Shown: positions 41,406 to 46,265 of the stretch, one piece after another
How the letters are laid out: each line of letters begins with the position of its first letter
Position numbering within the stretch: position 1 is the stretch's first letter
Virus record (IMG/VR): IMGVR_UViG_3300047561_000454
Span: 1 to 46,265 of that record
From: a virus
Taxonomy: Duplodnaviria > Caudoviricetes
Strand: one strand, 5' to 3'
DNA: 46,265 bases
Notes under the pieces: model-generated
What the model saw: only the letters and a program-made list of their open reading frames with translations
Databases searched by the model: none
What the model was told of the DNA's origin: nothing
Position numbers and translations under genes: made by a program

Positions 41406-44400
41406 TTATGCTATTTGCAATTCAGCAGGTGTCAACGCTGCAATTACTAATACATCATTTGAAGTTGCTGCGTTTACAAAAATCTCATACGGTAAACATT
41501 TAATCTCATATAAATCTCCAAATTTCATTGTTGGGTCATTGGGCACTAATACACATGAACTAACATATTCACCAATTTGGGTGTGTATGTATGCACTCAA
41601 TTCACTGAAGTAAAAAGTATCCCCAAAGTCCCAATTATTAATGCTAAAATAATTATTCATAGCAGTTAAAGTAGCAGTACGTATTTCACTATCGCTTGCA
41701 TTAGTTGCAGAATTTTTAATTACTTTAATTGTTCCTCGCAACGCAGGAGCAGCCTTATCACCAAACAATGGTTTAAACACCACACTGTTCAATATAGCAT
41801 TGTCAGTTAGCATTTTGTAATTTTGAATTTCACTATATTCAGTTGTTAAATCATTAATCGTCGGGCGAGTTGGTATTGGAACTGTGCCAGTCGTGTCCTG
41901 TATCCAATTTTGATATTCAGTATAATAGGCTTGATTGACTACATACAAGTCAATAATATTAGTTGTGGCAGGATCAATGCGTGTAGTATTATTGCTGTTA
42001 TGGCGATATTGAAATTGTAATCCTTGGCGGCCCGGTTGCATACTATATTGAGGTTGTTCTACTAGATTATAATAAGGCGTTGTTATATTTGGATCTTGAA
42101 CTGTTATATAAAATACATCTTCAGAATATGCATAAAATAATTGTCCTTCTGCATAATCATATTTTACCACATCAATATCGGATGCTGTTGCATATTGATA
42201 CGAAACTGTGCTGCTAGAAATTAATTGATAACGTATTAAATTAATAGCGTCTTGAAGTTCTTCAAAAAATGTATATATTCCAATATTAGTATTACCAGTT
42301 ACATAGCCGGTTACTTCATAAAAGAAATCAGGATTATCTACTAGTGTTCTATTGTTTACATCTATACTAGCAACTTGAACTTCAAAATCATTGATGTATC
42401 CATCACTTTCAACCGTTTGCCCAATGACAGTACCTTTAACTGGTTTAGCCAATGGATAATTAGAATTTGGTTGAGTGTTAGTAGCTAATACATTTACAAA
42501 ATCTTGTAATATAATTCCAGACAAAGGATCGTATACTAATTTACCAGCTTCATAGGTAAATCTAGTATCAGCTACACTACCAAAATAATAATTCAATGAT
42601 TTGTAAGTGACAGTGTATCTATTGTATCCAGTACTAGTAAATTTTACAAAATACTCAGGTTGAGATGTAGGGTCTACACTCCATCTATCTTGCGCTATGG
42701 TTAATGAATTATCAAATACTAAAGTAAAATTTTGTTGTAATTCTAATCTAATGATACATTCATTAGTTACAGCATTAGGTAAAGTATTTTGAAACGCAGG
42801 TATTACTGTGGTAATAATTGCACCTTCGGGCACATAACTATTCAATGTGACTGGACCAGTTCCATTTGCAAATTGTCCTAATCCATTATTATATCCGTCG
42901 CCAATTACATTCAATACAGTAGTCCAAATGTAAGTTATATTTGATGGACCAGCAACACCGTATACTAATCTATTGTTACTGTCAAAATAATAACTATCCG
43001 GCGCTATAAATTTTATCAACGCACCTTTAGTCAAATATTTTAAATTATAAGTTGAATATGTCCCAACTGGAACTGGGGTGTCATTACCATTTATTAAATC
43101 ATAAAAATAACCAGTTGAACTGTTTGCATCCACTGTGCTGGTATGCCAATATACTAAATTATCATCCGAACTAATTGTGGTGTTATATCTAGGATAATTT
43201 TGAACGTAATATTGTAGAGACTTATTATCGCCTAGTATATTAGACAATGTGTCATTCAAAAAAGTTTGTATATCACTAAGATTAGTAATGTTTAGTAATG
43301 CATACCCATCAGTATTATCTAACCAGATGCCACCGTCATTTGCATAACTGTTAGTACTACTATATTTTCCAGTTGGGTCAAGCAAATCTAAATTTTTACT
43401 TACGCCAACACTACTACGGTTAATTGCTTTACTTTTAATGATTGAACTGTACAGAGTATACGGAAAGTTATTGTAATCTTCTCCATTAACCATACGATTT
43501 TGAGTGTAGTACCGACTTGGCGCTCTTTGTTTGATATCAGCTAATGTTTCTCTAGCCTGTGCGTTTGTGACAGGGGTTTGCAAAGATAACCCAATTATCA
43601 ATGTCTCTACTCTTCCAACTCTACTAACATAATTCATTGTAACAGTAAGATTTTGAATTTGTGTGGGTTGAATAGTGTATGTCAATGCGTTGCCTGCACG
43701 AACATATGCTCTAAAATTACCAACCGGAATCTCACTGAATACTCCGTCACCAAATACATAACTAACTTGATCATTGGATCTGCTATTTACAGAAAATATT
43801 TGTCTAACACTATTTTGTGATTGTAGATATGCGTTTGCATAAATGTTATCTACTTTAATCCATAGACCAAACGTGCCATTAGTTTGACTTATTTGATATA
43901 ACCAAGTATCAGTATCATTGACACCTTGAATTAGACCAATGTCAAGTACTTGATTTGAAATCTGATTCTGGTATGCAAAATCAAAATTTTGTAATACCCC
44001 TTGCTTAAAATAAAAGAAGAATCCTGTATTTGGGCTACCGTAACCTAATTTATCATTACGATATAGCATATTGAATTGATTGGTAGGTGCAGGAGGTATT
44101 TCATATACATAATCTTCACCTACTGTACTAACGCTACATAACTCAAAATTCATATTCATCCCATTGACAGTAGCTGAAAATGGTACTACCGGACTAGTTC
44201 CAGCTGGAATTTGCAATGTATATTCATCTGTTTTTATTCCTAAAATTTGTGCAGAATTTGCAGGGAGACCTACTCTTTGCGTGTTTACTAATGCTGCATT
44301 AATAATGGTATTATATTGTTCTAACCAATTTGGATTAGCTGGGTCATTCCATAGTATAGGAGTATTTGCTAGATTGAATCCATTCAAATCAGTAAGATTT

Positions 44401-44780
44401 TGAGTGGTTCTCACACTTGTTACTTTCAAATACCCTTCTGCTGTTAAGTTTCGTTTAGGAGTATAGCTTACTAGATTAGCTAATTTAATAACACTATCTC
44501 TACGTTCAGCAGTGTCGATAAAGTTTTCACGGGTATTTAAATCGTTACGGAAAGCAAGACCTTGTCCCATAAACGCCATAACATCAAGTAATGCAATAAA
44601 TTCTGAACTTTCAATATAATCATTGAACGTTTCAGGGTAGTATATAGTTAGATAGTCTATGAAACTTTTGCGTAGTGTCTCATAGTCGTAACTACGAAAA
44701 TTTGCTTGTTGGAAAGTTTGATAAATGGTTTTCCAGTCATTTACCCCAAATATTGATGATTGTCTTGAACTTGTAGCCAT
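41406..44780 (-). CDS. Baseplate wedge subunit, T4 gp6-like
   Basis: FNDYIESSEFIALLDVMAF, ENFIDTAERRDSVIKLANLVSYTPKR, FGDGVFSEIP, QNRMVNGEDY; adjacent to the gp25-like gene. Confidence 0.88.
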   Translation of the reverse strand: MATSSRQSSIFGVNDWKTIYQTFQQANFRSYDYETLRKSFIDYLTIYYPETFNDYIESSEFIALLDVMAFMGQGLAFRNDLNTRENFIDTAERRDSVIKLANLVSYTPKRNLTAEGYLKVTSVRTTQNLTDLNGFNLANTPILWNDPANPNWLEQYNTIINAALVNTQRVGLPANSAQILGIKTDEYTLQIPAGTSPVVPFSATVNGMNMNFELCSVSTVGEDYVYEIPPAPTNQFNMLYRNDKLGYGSPNTGFFFYFKQGVLQNFDFAYQNQISNQVLDIGLIQGVNDTDTWLYQISQTNGTFGLWIKVDNIYANAYLQSQNSVRQIFSVNSRSNDQVSYVFGDGVFSEIPVGNFRAYVRAGNALTYTIQPTQIQNLTVTMNYVSRVGRVETLIIGLSLQTPVTNAQARETLADIKQRAPSRYYTQNRMVNGEDYNNFPYTLYSSIIKSKAINRSSVGVSKNLDLLDPTGKYSSTNSYANDGGIWLDNTDGYALLNITNLSDIQTFLNDTLSNILGDNKSLQYYVQNYPRYNTTISSDDNLVYWHTSTVDANSSTGYFYDLINGNDTPVPVGTYSTYNLKYLTKGALIKFIAPDSYYFDSNNRLVYGVAGPSNITYIWTTVLNVIGDGYNNGLGQFANGTGPVTLNSYVPEGAIITTVIPAFQNTLPNAVTNECIIRLELQQNFTLVFDNSLTIAQDRWSVDPTSQPEYFVKFTSTGYNRYTVTYKSLNYYFGSVADTRFTYEAGKLVYDPLSGIILQDFVNVLATNTQPNSNYPLAKPVKGTVIGQTVESDGYINDFEVQVASIDVNNRTLVDNPDFFYEVTGYVTGNTNIGIYTFFEELQDAINLIRYQLISSSTVSYQYATASDIDVVKYDYAEGQLFYAYSEDVFYITVQDPNITTPYYNLVEQPQYSMQPGRQGLQFQYRHNSNNTTRIDPATTNIIDLYVVNQAYYTEYQNWIQDTTGTVPIPTRPTINDLTTEYSEIQNYKMLTDNAILNSVVFKPLFGDKAAPALRGTIKVIKNSATNASDSEIRTATLTAMNNYFSINNWDFGDTFYFSELSAYIHTQIGEYVSSCVLVPNDPTMKFGDLYEIKCLPYEIFVNAATSNDVLVIAALTPAELQIA

Positions 44781-44797
44781 AAGTATTCTCTTTTAAG

Positions 44798-44804
44798 TAT
44801 TTAT
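44798..44804 (-). promoter_or_regulatory. Late promoter-like ATAAATA
   Basis: TGATAAATACTT before the gp6-like gene. Confidence 0.55.
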
Positions 44805-44831
44805 CATACTTGAAACCATGGGTTTTTAAGG

Positions 44832-45281
44832 TTATTGTATAGAAGCAGTATTAGTCGCATTATTAAAAAATACATTTAATAACTGTGCTTGATTAAAAGG
44901 AGACACTGCTAGTTCTAATTCTATTAATATTCCGTTTTCTTGGGGAAATGCTCTTACTGAGTTTAATACTAATCTTGGATCTAAATTAGCTACTCTACGT
45001 ATTTCAGTTTCCAATTGAAACTGAACATCTGCTGTATTTGGCTCAAAAACAAAAGACCAAAGAGTGGTGCCATACCCAGGTTGACCTACTTTTTCACCTT
45101 GATGTATGTTTAATGCATTTACCAAATCTTGTAGCACCAATGAGATATCAACTAGCATAAATTTATTACCAATATTGACAGGGTCAACTAATGAACCTGT
45201 CCCGCCCGCAGGACCAGTAGGCAAATTAGTTGACCTAGGTTTGTTTGCTGATATCGTGCTAAATCCAACGTATGAGGGCAT
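44832..45281 (-). CDS. Baseplate wedge/sheath initiator, T4 gp25-like
   Basis: LVLQDLVNALNIHQGEKVGQPGYGTTLWSFVFEP..EIRRVANLDPRL. Confidence 0.9.
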   Translation of the reverse strand: MPSYVGFSTISANKPRSTNLPTGPAGGTGSLVDPVNIGNKFMLVDISLVLQDLVNALNIHQGEKVGQPGYGTTLWSFVFEPNTADVQFQLETEIRRVANLDPRLVLNSVRAFPQENGILIELELAVSPFNQAQLLNVFFNNATNTASIQ

Positions 45282-45286
45282 GATTA

Positions 45287-45293
45287 TATTTAT
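45287..45293 (-). promoter_or_regulatory. Late promoter-like ATAAATA
   Basis: CATAAATA-TAATC-ATG before the gp25-like gene. Confidence 0.55.
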
Positions 45294-46264
45294 GCTTGTA
45301 AGTCTGGAGCAGGTTCTCCAGTAACTAAAGTATATTGTTTTCTTTGTAATTCTACTATTTTTTTATCTAAATCTTCCAAATCTTTTTGTGCTGATACTGA
45401 TGCAATATTAAAAGTTTCTATTTGCGGATCACCCTGTGGTAATCTTTGTTTAGCTTCTGATGCTCTATATTTTGCATTTCCTGCAGCTTTTGAAACATCC
45501 CATCGTTTATCTTTTAATGATGCTATTTCTTTTATGACCGCATCTTGTTCTGCTAAAGCTGTACTGTCTGTATTAATATTATTTGGCGTTGGGGGCACTC
45601 CGGAGAAGTTTGGTACTTGAATTTTATTACTACCTAGCATAGAATTAATCTGAGAGGTTAATTGACTTCTATCAACTGTACCTGTTGAAACTGTTGGTAA
45701 TTTAACTGGAGAAGAACCGCCTGAATTCATAGCATTAACACTAGCTGTTAATGATGCGGCAGCCGACGGAGATAACCCGCTAGTAGCTAATGCAGACAGT
45801 GGCACTTTTTTAGTTTTTTCTATATTTTGTGTTATTGCAGTACTTTCTGGACTTATTGATGATACATCACTGTTAACTGTTCTTCTCAATGTACCTGCTG
45901 ATAATGAAGCAACTGTACTTGCCGCAGCAGTTGGTTTTGATATATTATTCATTGCAACCGCAGATGCGTTCCTGATTACTGCTCCCCATGGGGCAAGTCC
46001 TGGAATTGAACTTACAGAGTTGACTGCCATATTACCAATAGTTTTAACGTTTACTGGAGTTCCTGTTGCCACTGCACCAATAGTTACCGCTGCAATCGCA
46101 GATAGTCCACCGGGCAATGCTCCTACCCCACTGCCACCGCCATTTCTTCTATTTGTTGGACTTCCAGCACTTATTGCAGCATTGATACTTGAAGTAACTA
46201 ATGCACTTACTTGACCGGGAGTTACTTTCTTTCCGGCAGATACAGTTGCAGTTAATCCAATACT
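45290..46264 (-). CDS. C-terminal part of a Ser/Thr/Ala-rich protein with a coiled-coil tail (5'-truncated by the window edge)
   Basis: The frame stays open from the track's TTG start at 46117 to the window end (SIGLTATVSAGKKVTPGQ...), so the true start is outside the window. Confidence 0.8.
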   Translation of the reverse strand, partial: SIGLTATVSAGKKVTPGQVSALVTSSINAAISAGSPTNRRNGGGSGVGALPGGLSAIAAVTIGAVATGTPVNVKTIGNMAVNSVSSIPGLAPWGAVIRNASAVAMNNISKPTAAASTVASLSAGTLRRTVNSDVSSISPESTAITQNIEKTKKVPLSALATSGLSPSAAASLTASVNAMNSGGSSPVKLPTVSTGTVDRSQLTSQINSMLGSNKIQVPNFSGVPPTPNNINTDSTALAEQDAVIKEIASLKDKRWDVSKAAGNAKYRASEAKQRLPQGDPQIETFNIASVSAQKDLEDLDKKIVELQRKQYTLVTGEPAPDLQA

Positions 46265-46265
46265 T

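Noticed and set aside
44812-44828. Small inverted repeat AAACC-ATG-GGTTT as a terminator
   Set aside because: Only a 5-bp AT-rich stem with no proper U-tract on the minus strand.
45290-46117. ORF-track start at 46117 (275 aa)
   Set aside because: The frame is open to the window end, so the TTG is internal.
709-46214. The many plus-strand ORFs of 62-144 aa in the ORF track
   Set aside because: All lie antisense to long minus-strand genes, lack RBS or recognisable motifs, and are the expected shadow frames of Thr/Gly/Val-rich codons.
534-46264. Stop-codon reassignment, introns or inteins (common in jumbo phages)
   Set aside because: Standard-code ORFs tile the strand almost without gaps, and I saw no intein or homing-endonuclease motifs.

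Overview
AT-rich fragment of a large myovirus (jumbo/T4-superfamily-like phage) genome. All real genes are on the minus strand and tightly packed. In transcription order (right to left): baseplate/tail module (a truncated low-complexity protein, gp25-like, gp6-like, a 6794-aa giant baseplate/fibre protein, small structural proteins, a tail fibre with a C-terminal chaperone-like domain), then a ~17 kb glycosylation block (about six glycosyltransferase-like genes, a twitch/radical SAM enzyme, two methyltransferases, and an NDP-sugar pathway: Cj1427-like C4-dehydrogenase, Cj1430/RmlC-like epimerase, minimal split ThDP E1 alpha/beta, two Fcl-like SDRs lacking the canonical catalytic Tyr). At the left edge is a circularly permuted (two-piece) tmRNA gene. 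Its 165-nt intervening segment is closed by a long hairpin and almost entirely filled by an unannotated 45-codon ORF. TAAATA late-promoter-like motifs mark most intergenic gaps. Three small ORFs missed by the ORF track were translated by hand. All homology calls come from motif recognition and recall, not from database searches.
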